DNA of 64,000 nucleotides from Octopus sinensis (Eukaryota). The stretch spans positions 38,316,001 to 38,380,000 of the forward strand of contig NC_043002.1 in assembly GCF_006345805.1 (NCBI RefSeq), read 5' to 3'. The position numbers and the translations under genes are program-made. The notes below the pieces were generated by a model that searched no databases, had not been told where the DNA came from, and saw only the letters and a list, made by a program, of their open reading frames with translations. Each line of letters starts with the position of its first letter. Position 1 is the first letter of the stretch. Positions 14,135 to 29,320 of this stretch are shown here, piece by piece.

Positions 14135-17100
14135 ATGCCACAGAAGACCAACACCTCGGATAAAACTACAAATGAGGACATACTCAAAGAACTGAAAAGT
14201 ATCAATACACAGCTCATTACCCTGAACAACAAAATCGAGGAATCAAACCTACTCGCCCGGAAAGTAAAAGCAGTGAAGATACAACTCGCTACACTGACCA
14301 GGTTAGTAAGGATCTGCAACTGTTATACACAACACTAAATCCAATTTTCATCAACAAATCCGAAAATAAAAAACACACACCAAATGAAACACAGCAGGAC
14401 ATCATACGCACCCAAATTAACCCAGCAAAAAGAAAAATAGGAAACATTTGGAATACAAACCTGCACAATAGAAGACTCGCCTTCTGGAACATGATAAAAA
14501 AATTCCAACAAAGCAGATATATACGATGGATGGATGAACTCAACACCAATTATCCTCCCACGCAAATTCCAGATAAAATTAATTCCTACGAGCCTGACGG
14601 ACAGAGAACTATTAGGGAAAAGTCAGCTCTGTTCAATTTAAGATTAGAAATAGAGCTTCTAAGACTAAGGGCCTCCTCCACAAATGGGAAAATTTAAAAG
14701 CATCGACGAGGAGATGCATAATATAATACAAAAACATACCGAGGACAACCCCTCGAAAATACATTAGATCATTGGAAGGATACCTGTGAAAAAGAAGACA
14801 GAATTCTCTCCTGCGCTGGGAGAAAACATCGATTTCTTCCAAAAATATAGTTCAACTTTCAAAAATGAATTGGGTACAAATAATCCCTTCCTTAAGAAAA
14901 TTACAAAAAATAAAAAAGAAAAACCAACAACCCACGAACAACCCAAACTATCCTCCATACACTAAAAACAGAAATCACCCACAACCAACCTTTGCAACCC
15001 CGCAAGACCTAACAGAGAACTAGCTGACAGACGACGCGTCTATGAAATAAATTACACAAAAACAGAAACACACAACCAACAACATCCTAATACCAGACCC
15101 CACCACCATACAGCACAAAACGACACTAGAATAAGAAATACACCACACACAAGTCGCTACTACCCCATGAACCAAAATTACTGGTCTCCACTGAACACAA
15201 GACAAACGCAAAAAAAACACTATGTCAAGCAACATCCCACATACAAGCAGTTCGAAACAAAAATATTTCACATACAGAAATTTTACACACACCACAAACA
15301 AAAACAACCATAGATTCCCACACACACACAACGATCGGGGGCAACAATACCACCATTCGCCCGACCCAATATCACACAACCTCACAGACAACTCATACAA
15401 ACAAAATTACACCCAACATTTTTTAGCCAGGGACCAGTGACACCAGGACACAGTCTGGAACCTAGTAATAAGGAAAAACCGAAGATAATCAACCTTTCAA
15501 CCAAACCTCTCTCTAACATAAAAATTGACACCCTCTCAAAAGGGCGCAAATTACGCCAACTCCACGCAGAGCCAACCTAAATGAAATCAAGGATAATATA
15601 ACAGAATTTTGCAGAAAATTAAGACTAGCAGAAGCATCAACCAGTTTCAATACTGAAGATGAATCACTAGTCAAGAACAAAAGTGAACACATCCCACACA
15701 GAGGAAGAAATAAAGATCTTGATGAATTCTGTAACCACATTGAGAACTTTTCCTACCATACTATACATAAACAGAAAGTTAACTCAAATTTTAACACTAC
15801 ACAATGGAAGGAACTGATAGAACTTCAAAATGATGAGGATATAACCATTAAGGAAGCAGACAAGGGAAGTGCAGTTGTAATAATGGATACATCATACTAT
15901 AGAAATCTTGTAATTTCCTTGCTTGATGACGACCAGCATTATGAAAAAATTACCAACTACACCCCACAAAAAATAATCAAAACTCTATCTTCACTAATCA
16001 AAACCCATGAAAAGGAACTAACAACCAAAGAGACTGACTTTTTAACAAACTTTAAAAGCAAACCTAGCCTTTTCAATGGTCTTCCAAAAATTCATAAAAG
16101 CCAAATTATAAATGAAACCATTAAAAAATCACCAAAGACATACATACACACACCTAACCCGGGGGACCTAAAACTACGACCCATTGTAGCTGGCCCAACC
16201 TGTGAAACACACAGACTAAGTCTATTTATGGACATCCTCCTGAAACCCTTCCTTAAACATATGGATAGCCATATCAGAGATGACTTAGATATGTTAAACC
16301 ACTTTCCAAAAAAAGCCAAGGAAGAAACAATCCTGGTTTCATTTGATGTAGTTAACTTATATACCAGTATACCTCATAATTATGGACTAGAGGCAATACA
16401 GTTCTGACTGGGCCAATTTCCGGAAGAAATACCAAAAAGGATCAGTAAAGAATTCATTACTAAATCAATTGAATTCATCCTACATAATAACCACTTCATG
16501 TTTGACAATACATTTTACCGTCAAAAATCCGGAATTGCTATGGGTACAAGAGCAGCACCAGTCATTGCGAACCTAACAATGGGCTACATGGAAATAATCA
16601 TTTACCAGGAATCCTTATCAATCTTTGGAAACCCCCTTTCTCAATACATAAAAGAGAATTGGAAACGATTCTTAAACGATTGTTTTATACTCTGGAATGA
16701 AAACAAAGATAAACTCCTAAAAGTTTAAAGCCTATTGAACAGCATAAACCCAAATATACAGTTCATAATGGAATACAACCAAAAGGAGCTCCCGTTCTTG
16801 GATATACTAATTAAAAAAATTAACCTTAAAATAGAAACAGACATTTTTTTACAAAGCCACAGACGCCAAACAATACCTTCTTTTTAATTCATGCCACCCA
16901 AGACACACTAAAACAAACATCTCCTTCAACCTTGCAAGAAGGATATGCACAATAGTGTCAGAACAAAATACCAGGAACTTTACACTGCAAGAACTCAAAA
17001 ACACCCTAATTGACAGACATTACCCAGCTCAACTCATAGAGGATGGGATCAGACGTGCAACAGAAATCAACATAGAAACTTTAAGAAAAGTTCAACACAA

Positions 17101-17777
17101 CAACACACCTTCCCCGAAAATACTACCTTACATATCTACATACAACCCCAGAAACAAAGAAGCCTTCACCATCATCACCCAGAATTTACCAATACTTCAT
17201 AAGGACCCCAAATTAAAGGAAATTCTAAACATACACCAAATCATTAAAAGCTACAAACAACCTAAATCACTTAAAAAGATTCTCACAAAGGCAATATTGT
17301 TTTCTGAAATTACGGATGCAAAAGTAAAAAAAATGTGGTAGATCGAACTGTGCAACATGTCCAAACCTGCTAGAAGGATCAGAATTCCTCTTTAAAGAGG
17401 GACAGAAATTCAAGATCAAATCTAACTTTACTTGTGCCTCTGAAAACATAATTTATGTCATAAAATGCTCGGGCTGCCACCAAGACTACGTGAGATCCAC
17501 GGGACTATCACTCAGACGTAGATGCACACTGCATCGACAACAGATTGCATTCCCAGAATACAGAATGATACTTTTTAGTGAGCACATTGAGAAATGCGCA
17601 AAGCAACTACTACCACAATTTTTAATCTTTCCATTTTACCAATGTGCTATCGGATCATCAACACAAATTAGACTAAACAAGGAAACATTCTTCATTGAAA
17701 AGTACAAGCCCAGACTTAACCATGCCAACATACTGATACAGAGAAATTCACACCAAGGGAAAAGAAAAAAATTTTAA
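14135..17777 (+). pseudogene. Penelope ORF (coiled-coil N-terminus, RT, GIY-YIG endonuclease), disrupted
   Basis: RT: KEADKGSAVVIMD, GLPKIHKS, LRPIVAGP, LVSFDVVNLYTSIP, GIAMGTRAAP, KRFLNDCF, LPFLD. Endonuclease: CxxC (CATC), NIIYVIKCSGCHQDYV, terminal KETFFIEKYKPRLN. Several frameshifts and stops. Confidence 0.92.
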
Positions 17778-17886
17778 GCGATTATCTCCCTTAAACCGGA
17801 AGAATTCACTCATTACCTCCCCTTATTTAGAACTCTTTTAAACATAAACATAACGATAACTCTATTCAACATAAACATAACGTCGC

Positions 17887-17925
17887 AAGAAATTTGAAAA
17901 GCTAAACGCGAAACCGGTCTTTCTT
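17887..17925 (+). ncRNA. Hammerhead-like motif in the Penelope pseudo-LTR, U3:A8 core variant
   Basis: AAGAAA-T-TTGAAAA-GC-TAAAC-GC-GAA-ACCGGT-C-TTTCTT. The same core is in the inverted copy (about 13612-13650, minus). Confidence 0.5.
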
Positions 17926-18080
17926 CTAAACTATGTCATTGAAAGGGAAAAAATTTTTTTTAATATTCTTCAGACATATACGCAAATATATATATTTTTT
18001 TAACCTTTAAGCCTTCTGTAGTTTTTTCACCTTTTACTATTTTCTATATATTCAACCACGTGCTTTCACAAACCAACTTT

Positions 18081-18202
<122 letters not shown>

Positions 18203-19089
18203 CTCTTCATATATATGTATATCGTCGTAAAATACACACACAGGATGTCTTTTTCGCTATTTACTATTGTTAGTGAACAAGCTAATTAATTACCCAATTA
18301 ACTAATCAATTGCTTGATTGCTTGATTAATTGTTCAATGAATCAATCAGGGAATCACCTGCTTTGTCAGTATCCTTCCATCGCCATGCCATTTTTACAAC
18401 CTTTTCAATGACATGTCCGCGTTACTCTAGTTTTGTCTCATTGTCGCTGAGTTTCATTTTCATGTATTTAAACTTATGGAGAGTATATGTATTTGTATAC
18501 GTTTCTTTACCATTTTTTGTTTTTATTTTAGTCTTTTCTCTGTATCATACACAAATATTTTGTACAACCTAGTCTTTCACTTGTCACAAATTTCCTTCCT
18601 ATCTTTCCTAATATGTCTTGCTTCCACATAACCATAGTAACTAATATCTGAACTAGCTAAGAACTATTAATTCTATTATATCCAAAATAATCTCTCATAC
18701 ATTCTGTTACCGAAAAATGCAAGTTTCTTGCGAGGTGTTTCATTCTTGTATTTTTTTCTGCCAGAAAAATTAATTTATTGCAGCTATCTGTCAGATATAC
18801 AGGTAACTGTTTGTACATCTACTACATTACATTACTGCATTGCAAGGAAGCATTTTAAAATTTCTCCATTATAGATTTGTTGATGTGCTTTCTGAAGGAT
18901 ATCAAGGATAAGGTTAGGGAATAGGATGCGTAATTCGGAGACTAGGGAATCTTGCAAGGACGACCCACAATTTCTCCCCATTGGGAGGTCGCAGTTTCAG
19001 TACCACAGGCATGCGATCAGAATGCCGCAGGATAGAATAACAATCACAAGCTCAGTCAACCGGCTGGAGACCTTAGTATATACTGGCTT

Positions 19090-19315
19090 AGCTCTCCGCC
19101 GGTTACGATGCCGAGTGTTCTGGTTGATCAACAGAACGGCCTGCTCGTGAAATTAACTTGCAAGTGGTTGAGCACTCCACAGACTTAACGTGGTGTTCAG
19201 GGAAATTCAGTGTGACAGTGTGTGACAAGGTTCTCACTTTATATTACACACACAGCTCATTTTTGCAACCTGAGTAGACTGAAGCAATGAGAAATACAGT
19301 GTTTTGCTTAGAGCA
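19090..19315 (-). mobile_element. Degenerate SINE (second family), body fragment
   Basis: ctcatttttgcaacctgagtagactgaagcaatg matches the core at 50060 (ctcatttttgccagctgagtggactggagcaacg). Confidence 0.55.
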
Positions 19316-19627
19316 GTTACAAAATACATGAAGTAGAGAAAAAGCATTTTCGGGTTTCCGACATTAACGGAAATCTTTCAGTCAGCCTGTCGGCGGAGGG
19401 AAAGGGAGGGTGCAAGAGAAGGCTAATGTTTGATATAACAAGTATAAATACTAACAGACCTGTGGAAGGTCAAAGGACAGAGGTCTTTACATACAGAGTG
19501 ATTAACAATCTAGGAGACAAATCCTGTACACCAGAAACTTACTCTTACCTTACATCTTTAGACACATTTATAAACTGAACCTTTGACCTGTTACTGAGCT
19601 CAGAGAAATACCGAAAAGGAAATATTT

Positions 19628-19703
<76 letters not shown>

Positions 19704-19741
19704 TGTGTTTGTTTGTGTGTTTGTTTGTGTGTGTGTGTATG

Positions 19742-19798
<57 letters not shown>

Positions 19799-19836
19799 TC
19801 GTATATATATATATATGTATGTGGGTCCGTATATAT

Positions 19837-19975
19837 ATTCTTTTATTTGTTTGTTTCAGTCATTTGACTGCGTCCATGCTAGAGTGCCGCCTTTAGTCGA
19901 ACAAACCGACCCCAGAACTTATTCTTTGTAAGCCCGGTACTTATTATATCGGTCTCTTATGCCAAACCGCTAGTT
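19837..19975 (-). mobile_element. SINE 3' half (main family)
   Basis: Reverse complement of the tail seen at 9170-9311 and 38230-38375. Confidence 0.85.
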
Positions 19976-20790
19976 TCCCACCAGGTCATGAGACAGAAAA
20001 CTTAAGCAATACTTAGCAGAACAATCAATAACTCTTGTACTTTACAGTAGGTATATAGATGACATTAATATCATAGTTAAAACCAACTCTAGTAACGGTA
20101 ATGTAGAAACTGAGAGGAACATAATGGAGAGCATCCAGCAAATAACTCCATCCACCAAAGTATCAGGGTAACTATAGATTACCCCACTGGGAAACCCAGC
20201 AATAGACTCCCCGTCCTTGATACTGAACTTTGGTTAGAGACTGTAAACAACAGAGTGCAGCTCCTTCACTCCTATTAAATGAAACCCGTGGCTTCGAAAT
20301 ATGTTGTCCACAAGAACTTAGCTTTGTCACACAACATGAAAATTAACATACTGATGCAGATTTAGTTAGAATAATGAACAATGTGACCCCAGTATGCAGA
20401 CCATATGAAACGAAGAAACATGTACAGAACTTCATGCACTGCATGCAATTCTCTGGATAAGATCAGAAAGATAGGGTTCGAGTATACAGACGTGCTGGAA
20501 AGAAGTTAGATAACATTATATGTAATGAAACCAGTAGTACCTGCCTTAGATATAGAATCAAAGACTGGAATAGAATACAAAGAGCTTGTGACAAAGCAAA
20601 CAGGGTGAACACGTGGTATAAAACCGACAAATATCAAGGAGTGATGTTTGTAGAGGCCACACAGCTCATAGAGAACTGGCCAGTAGATTTAAGAAAACTC
20701 TGAAGGAGACCAAACACAACATTAAGATCGTTGAAAAGCCAGGGAGCTCCATCAGATCACAACTATGTAGGACGAAATTAACTATTTTAA
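19976..20790 (+). pseudogene. PLE RT/thumb fragment of a different clade (Neptune-like)
   Basis: RYIDDINII, IRVTIDYPTGKPSNRLPVLDTELW, MKPVASKYVVH, TWYKTDKYQGVMFVEAT, NIKIVEKPGSSIRSQL. Clade assignment is from recall and needs a phylogeny. Confidence 0.75.
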
Positions 20791-21456
20791 AAGTATTGAC
20801 GGCAATAGATGAAGGAAATTAGGGAAAATTTTATACAGAGCTTTGCAAATAATTCAAGGCCAAATTTGGAATAGCAAGTAGCAGCGAGTCAGCCATTATC
20901 TCTATGAAGTCCACCCCAAATTTGAAGGAAAATGTGTGTTGGTGGTATGGAAGAAGTAAACCAACCAGGTCGTCCACTAAATCAGAAGAGTTCATTGGGA
21001 TAAAAATGAAATTATTAGTGGAAGATCGGCACAAAAAATTAACATTGATTTATATAGATTTAAATTTTTATGTAATTATAATTTTTCTACTTATTCGATA
21101 CAAATCAGCACATAAATATACACACCATTTTGCTTAATACATATGGCTGGAAGCGATAATCACTGAATTATTGAAACAGCTGTAAAGAATATTGTAAGAG
21201 CTTTCTGTTCTTTCGAAAGTTATATTTTGATTTCAATCATGTCGTATTTTTTGCGCATATTACAAGGATACGATGCCATTTATGAGTATTTGAATATGTT
21301 TTACATTTTTTCTGCGGAATTATTTTTGCCTTGATCAGGAAGACGGATTTTAAAAACATTGAAGCATCCCCAGCACTAATCCTCTGCATTTCTGTTGTAA
21401 GCTTACATTAGTGCCTCCTCGTCTCCTCGCCCATTAGATATATAAATACATACATA

Positions 21457-21501
<45 letters not shown>

Positions 21502-22009
21502 GTGCATGTATATATATATACTTACATACATCCGTACATAAATTCATACATATTTATGTGTGTGTATGTATGTGTGTGTATTTATATGTATATGGATTTA
21601 TATGTAATTGCTTATCCGTGCCTACACATATTTTTTCAATATAGACACGCAGTAAAAGCTACAAATGCACTTGCATACCAAGAAATGAAAACACTAAAAA
21701 AAAAAAAATAGAAGATATGTAGTTTTTCTTGAAGATTGGAAAAGTAAAGCATGATGAATACAAACAATGAAAATAATGCATGAATAAATAATAAAAAAAA
21801 ACATAATATAAGTAATAAACACAAAAAATTAAAATTTGCTGAAACAAAGAATAGATGAAATAAAACGAATATTTTAGAGGAAATAAAAAGATAAAACGAA
21901 AGAAGAAATCAGATAAAAAATAATAATAACGAACAGGAATAACAAGAACGAAAGTAATAAAGATTCAATGTTTGAACTGTAAATAAAAGCGCGCACACAC
22001 ACATGTATA

Positions 22010-22421
<412 letters not shown>

Positions 22422-22899
22422 AAAGCACTATGTTTGCACGTTGGTTTATTGAAGTGTACTCAATATGCGCACTAGAGCAAATACATACTCTATTGCCAGA
22501 CAGCTCTGTGTATGTGTGCGATTCATGTATGAGTATACAAATGCATCTGTGAATTTGTGTTGTGTTTGTGTGTGTGCGTGTGTGCGTGTGTGCGTAAGTG
22601 TGTGTGTGTTTGCGTGTGGGCGTGTGTATTTGTGCGTACTTCTACGTGTGCTTGTATTTTTGTGTGTATACACAGCCACAAATACGAATACAGAAATGCA
22701 TAATTTCTTTACTGAGCACTCGTTTTGTAGCTTCTTCAATCCCTAATAAACATACACATGCGTGTTATCAGTCTAAATATGCAAAACGTCCATATTCTTC
22801 CGGACTAGTCTTCCATTTTGGTCGGAACGAACTTTTAGGATTCTTGACTAAAGACCGTATATTAGACTACATAAAAAACACATTGCGATACCGATATTG

Positions 22900-22904
<5 letters not shown>

Positions 22905-22934
<30 letters not shown>

Positions 22935-23040
22935 TGTATGTATGTATGTATGTATGTATGTATGTATGTATGTATGGATGTATGGATGGATGGATGGATG
23001 GATGGATGGATGGATGGATGGATGGATGGATGGATGGATG
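22905..23040. repeat. (TATG)n-(TGGA)n microsatellite
   Basis: Direct reading. Confidence 0.95.
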
Positions 23041-25061
23041 TGTGTGTATGTATGTGTGTATGTATGATACTATGTGTACATATATGTACACGTACATATA
23101 TGTATCTATGTATGAGATTTTATTATGTAATAAATGTGGCTATTAAAATAAGAATATTACATAAATCTTATCGTTTATTTTGTACCCTTTATCTTTGAAT
23201 TCTGCTTAAATATGCCCATGAAGCCTACTTGTGCTTAACATTCTTTTTACCCATTCTATCCACTGCACTCTGCATTTATTAGATTACGATGTATTTTAGC
23301 GTTTGATTGAAATACAAGACAAACAATAAAAAAGAAACATATTATCCATTGTTTAATCCCATTTCAACCCTGATCAAACAGTTCAATTAACCAACGCCAT
23401 TCCAACTTCCGTAGTCAAGTACTTTTTGTTTCGTAGCAGGTGGAGTTTTGAAATAGCTGTGTTCTTCGCATTCCCACATTTCCATTGAAGGAAACAGAGC
23501 AGTTTTTTCTTTCATTTTTTATTATCCATCTAGTATCCTTTTTCACACAACGGAAGATTCTGGAAATATGTTGTATTTTTTTTTCGTTTGGAAATATTTA
23601 AATGTTTCTATATTTTTCTTCACTTCCTCATATCCATAGATTTTTTCTTTCTCATAGGATTTAAGCGGCAGCTATTCCAAAACTCCGTTACATTTATATA
23701 GGGCTATATCATCCAATGCCTTCTTGCATTTGTAAGGCAATAGAGTGTGATATGAGGGAGATTTATCTATTATTTGTAACAGAGTGAGTGACGATGTACA
23801 GACCAGTGATTCTCTCATAGGTCAATGATTAAATGTAGAGAATCATGAAAGTTCAAAACATTATATTTTACTTAAAATACCAAAACTAAAACAAAATATT
23901 GTTTGCTATAGAAGTACTTCAATAGTCAGAAACATAGGAAGTCCATAATGCCTGCTGTTATTGCATCTCATAATTAAATACTTATAAGATAGCTCAATGT
24001 ATCTCCACACGAATTTTAACACTTTGACTGCGGAAAGAGGATGTAGACAGTCAAAATTTTATTACACTTAACTGCAGAAAACAGTTTTATATACCAATCT
24101 ATCTTTCTGAGGAGTGTCCTTTTTGAAACTAGTTTCTGTTGAGATATGTCAAGTTTACTGAGGAAACGTGACTTATAGAAAATACTAATTCTATTTTTGG
24201 TAGATATCTAACATCAGCATTGGAATAGCACCGAAATTTAATTTCGTAAGGTCGTGTATTAAAATGAAAGCTCTTTTTTACTTTGAAAACCGTGGGTGTA
24301 TATATATTGATTTTGCGCATGTCCAACAAGACACTGAGAATTCGGCGTTTATTCATGAGCACTTATCTTTATTTAAGAAAGCAGAAAAATCAAAAATTAT
24401 AAATATTTGGTGACAGTGAAGATAATAAACTCTTTATTTTAATATTTAATATACAAATAAATTGAACAATTGTAAAAGTACAATGGTTGAACCAAAAGAA
24501 AGAAAACAGAAGAGAAAGAGTCTGAAAGAAGAAAAGAGAAGTTATATAATCTAAATAACTTAAATGTATAATAGAGAAAGGGTCATAAACTAGTAAGAGA
24601 GAGAGAGAGAGAGAGAGAGAAGCGAAAGAGAAAGCGAGAGAAAGGAAGCAAAAAGGAAGCAAGAGAATACGACAGCTTAATTGTATCGTCGTATGATGTA
24701 CGATGTATTAGATCTATAACTATGTATGTATATATGTATGTATGTATGCATGTATGTATGTATGCATGCAAGCATGTATATATGCATGCATGTATGTATG
24801 TATATATGGATGCATATATGTGTGTAGCTATCTATGAATGTGTAAACGTGTATGCACATGTATATGCGTATGTTTATATATTATATACTAAATATATATA
24901 TATAGTATATAAACACATATATACAGGAAAATGTAAATACACACACTCACTGAAGCACACACACACACACACACACATAGAGTGAGAGAGAGGGTGAGAG
25001 AGAGAGAGAGAGAGAGATCATAGACATACATATGTATGTGTCCGCGTGTGTTATGTACAGG

Positions 25062-25071
25062 GGAAGAAGAA

Positions 25072-25106
<35 letters not shown>

Positions 25107-25192
25107 AGAAGAAGAAGAAGAAGAAGAAGAAGAAAAGAAGAAGAAGAAGAAGAAATGAAGAAGAGAAGAAGAAGAAGAAGAAGAAGAAGAAA
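25062..25192. repeat. (AAG)n microsatellite
   Basis: Direct reading. Confidence 0.95.
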
Positions 25193-25399
25193 ATGAGAGC
25201 AACCACTGCAACAGCAGCGATCACCTTTAAAATTGCGGAGGTGGTGCGAGATACAGAGAAAGGCGAAGGATTGTCAACCATAAGAACAAAGAATGGAATT
25301 ATTTAGTGAAGTAATATGGAGAGCAGGGAAACACCTGACAGTTGCTGACGTAAATATATCTATGGGAAAATCTTTGAAGCAAGTGTTACTGCTGCTGCT

Positions 25400-26120
25400 G
25401 CGACTTGTTGTTTAGCCCCGAGTCACGGCTGGTCCATCAGAAAACATTTAAGCTGTTTCCATCCCGTTTATTTTTATACATTTTTATACGTTTGTTTATT
25501 TTTATTATTGTGTAAACCTGTTTACATCATTATAACGTTTTCCCGCTTTTACTTTTTGTGTCTTATATTTTCTAAAATGTCCTTCCATTAAGGGTGTAGT
25601 TTGCGGAAGATTTAGCTACCGTACTTAATCAACCTATAATAGAGCCTCCCACGTTGGTTCGTTGAATCGGATGTTGTTTAGCCCATGCTCAGTCCTGATC
25701 GAGCAGAAATAGGAAATGATTTCCAAGCGTGACTACCGCATCATTTGGAAGACATCAACAGGTACATCGTCCGACGGTATGATGTACATTGAGGGAGAGT
25801 TGACTGCTTTTTCTAACTTGTTGATAGACCACATAGAGTCCCCTCCTTCCGTTCAATAGTGGAAGCGAGGGCGGTTATTGATTAGCTCCAGGTTATTGAA
25901 GTGGATTTTATTTTGTTTGTTTATATCGTTGTTGATTTTTGTTGTTTATTCTGATCTCGCACTCCTATGATCGAAAGTTTTCAAGCCGCGCCCATCCCTT
26001 CTCTGTCATATATGTAGGCAACCAAGGATCAAATCATTTAAAGCGTCCTTTTTTAAGACAGTTGGGTGGTATTTGAGGAAGATTTGTTTACTACTTCTAG
26101 CAAGATAAACAATCACGCAG
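25400..26120 (+). repeat. Cluster of degenerate dispersed-repeat fragments
   Basis: Recurrent motifs ttgttgtttagccc..gtc..ctgatc and gaagatttggc(t)gctatttctag at 25405, 25605, 25675 and 26080, and elsewhere (4260, 28505, 29410, 29630, 29775, 63235). Confidence 0.45.
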
Positions 26121-26544
26121 TTTCCCTTGATAGCACGCTGAATCGAATTTTCTATGTGTAGGTGTTGAATATATTATCAAATATCCACGTGGGTGGACAC
26201 AGATGTATCGAATTATAATGAACCGCCATCTCATGCTGTTTTACGCAAACTGCTAGATATAGCAGTCAAATCATCCTCAAATCATAATCTACTGTCATAG
26301 AAGGAAGAATATATATTGGGTAAGGTAGTCGAAGATATATCAAAAGAAAGAAAAAAGAAAAAGAAAACTTCGATGGTCATGTTAAGATTTCTTTTGATTA
26401 ATAGTACTGCTAATTAGTCAGAACAGCAATTCGTGTTTTAGTTTTGTTATTGTTTATTTTTGTATTCAGACTTTTATCTATGTATGTTTAAGTGTATATA
26501 TATGCCTACATTCATGCATATATATATCTGTATTTATAGAATAG

Positions 26545-26770
<226 letters not shown>

Positions 26771-27091
26771 GCAGGTACATACATAACACACACACAGACA
26801 CATGCAAATATACGTAGGTTTATGCATGGCCGCAGTCAAATGACTGAAACAAGTAAAAGAATAAAAGAATATGTATCTATCGTTCTAACCTCTGCTTACA
26901 AATCTATTTAGCAATCTATCTGTCTCTTTGTCTATCTATCTATCTATTTATCTATCTATCTTTTTTTTTACGATCCCTTTTGATCGGAAACCTACCCCAC
27001 ATTTTCTTCTTTTTTCTCCCCAAAAAGAAAAGCTCTACTTTTAATTTGCCCCCCCCTCTGTGTTCAACCCTGTGTGGCTAATAAAGAAACA

Positions 27092-27131
<40 letters not shown>

Positions 27132-27165
27132 ATCTATCTATCTATCTATCTATCTATCTATTCTA

Positions 27166-27208
<43 letters not shown>

Positions 27209-27228
27209 TATATATATATATATATATA

Positions 27229-27277
<49 letters not shown>

Positions 27278-27479
27278 CTATCTATCTGTCTGTCTGTCAA
27301 CATATGTACCTATCTAACTATTTACCTATCTACCTGTCTACCCGGCTACTTTGTTGTTTGCCTACCATCCACATAACTTGCTATTGCTATCACTGTGGTA
27401 TGGTATCGTCATTGTTGATGTTTTGGGGGAATTTTGTCGTTGTTGATTTTCATGCTGACTGTGGCATGTTTTTTTTTCT

Positions 27480-28260
27480 TTCGTAGTTGATAGCTTCCAA
27501 TCCTATTGACAACGATGTTGATGATGACGAAGGGGAGGAGATGGAGGAGGAGGAGGAGGAGGAGGAGGGAGCAGTAAGGAGAGAAAGGGGTGGGAAGAAG
27601 ATGGACGACGACGACGACGACGATGACAAGGACAATCATGACGTTGACAACGGCGACATCGTTCTTTTTGCTGATCTATACATTTCTTACGGACGTCGTT
27701 TATGTGCGTTATCAGTAGCAGTGGTTGGCAGTAGTTGTGGTAGTGGTGGTAGTGGTGGCGGCGTGCGGCGGCGGCAGCGGTGGTGGTGATGGTGTTTCGG
27801 TGGTGGTGGTGGTGGTGGTGGCGGTGTTTCGGTGGTGGTTGCGTTTGTAATGGTCGAGGTGGTAGGTATATCGGTAATAGTAGTGATAGTAGTAGTGGTG
27901 GTAGTTTAATAGTAGTAGCAATGTCCTTGCAGTGACGGTAGCGGTTACGTGGTTGCTGTTGTTGTTGTTGGTGGTGGTGGTGATGGTAATGGTACGACCA
28001 TCGTAGACTATGTTGTTGTTGTTGTTGTTGTGTGGAGGTGGTGGTGGTGGTGGTAGTGTTCGTAAAATTATCACCGTAATGGTTGTAGTGCTGGTGACCA
28101 TGATGCTACTACTGTTAGTAGTTGTGATGACGGTAACACTGATGATGGTGGTAATGGTAGCTCTGGTGGGGTGGTGGTGGTGCTGCTGCGCTGCTGCTGC
28201 TGATGATGATGATGATGAGGATGCTGGTGCTAGTTCTTTTGTAAGAGGATGATGATGATA
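27480..28260. repeat. Low-complexity trinucleotide region (GAG/GAC/GGT/GTT/GAT)
   Basis: Direct reading; the ORFs here are homopolymeric. Confidence 0.85.
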
Positions 28261-29205
28261 CTATTAATGTTAAATTTCAAGTCAACCCCTAATCAATAAA
28301 ACCTAAAAATCGAAGACACAATTCCAGCCTTGACCATCATGACATTTCCTCCAACATAGTATTAAAGGTTTCAGGATGTGAAGTAATCTTCTAATTTTTT
28401 GATGATCAAATATGAACGAAATTTGGCTGCTATTTCGAAGCGCTGAATGACCACCTTCAGGCCTATTTATTGCTCTGGGCGACATCTATTGGCGATGGTC
28501 CAAAGTCTGTTGTTGTGTCTGTTGTTTAAGCCACTGCCACCCGCAACCAGCACCAGATTAACCCTGATTGAGAATATTTAAGATCAAAGGCGTTGTTCCG
28601 GTAACCGTCTCTTTATCACAAAGCACTACATTGCTTTATATATTCCTTTCAAAACACTACAGTGTAATATGAAGGGGATTTTGGCTGCAATTTCTCGTAG
28701 ATCGAGCGTCCATAGACACATCTTGTTGGTAGTGATAATGTTGGTGTGGTTATTAGTGAAGATGGTGGTGGTGGTGGTGGTGGTGAAGGTGGTGGTGGTG
28801 GTAACGATTGTTGCTGTGGTGATGGTTGTGATGGTGGATCCTTGAGTTTTTGTTGTTTCAGTTTTAGTGGGGCAAGTTTGGTCATTCAAGGTTGATGTTT
28901 ATCTTTGTTTCTTTTGACAATAAATAATAACTGATTGTGCTGCTTCAACTGTTACCGATGCAATTGTTGATGATGGCCATGATGTTGATGATTAAGAAAA
29001 AAGATGAAGTGACAGTAAGAAACCGAGAGAGAGAGAGAGACGCAGTGAGAAGGAAAGAGTGATCGAAAGGGACAGAGGTAGAGAGGGATAGTGTGAGTGA
29101 AGAGGTAGGAGAGATATGTCAATGTATATGATGTTGATACCATTGTCAATGACGCTTTTAAATAAATTTTCCATCATGTTTGCACGTTTGCTAGGAGTAT
29201 TATAA

Positions 29206-29221
29206 TTGTTATTATTATTAC

Positions 29222-29294
<73 letters not shown>

Positions 29295-29320
29295 TGTTGT
29301 TGTTGTTGTTGTTGTTGGTG
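29206..29320. repeat. (TAT)n-(TAG)n-(GTT)n compound microsatellite
   Basis: Direct reading. Confidence 0.95.

Noticed and set aside
19345-19385. Hammerhead-like CTGAAAGA...CGGAAAC on the minus strand
   Set aside because: Extra base in the core, and no consistent stem I or III.
21147-21195. GAAACAGCTGTA palindrome as a hammerhead (a similar piece lies at about 45680, minus)
   Set aside because: The 5' core has two or more lesions and stem I is absent; too degenerate to call.
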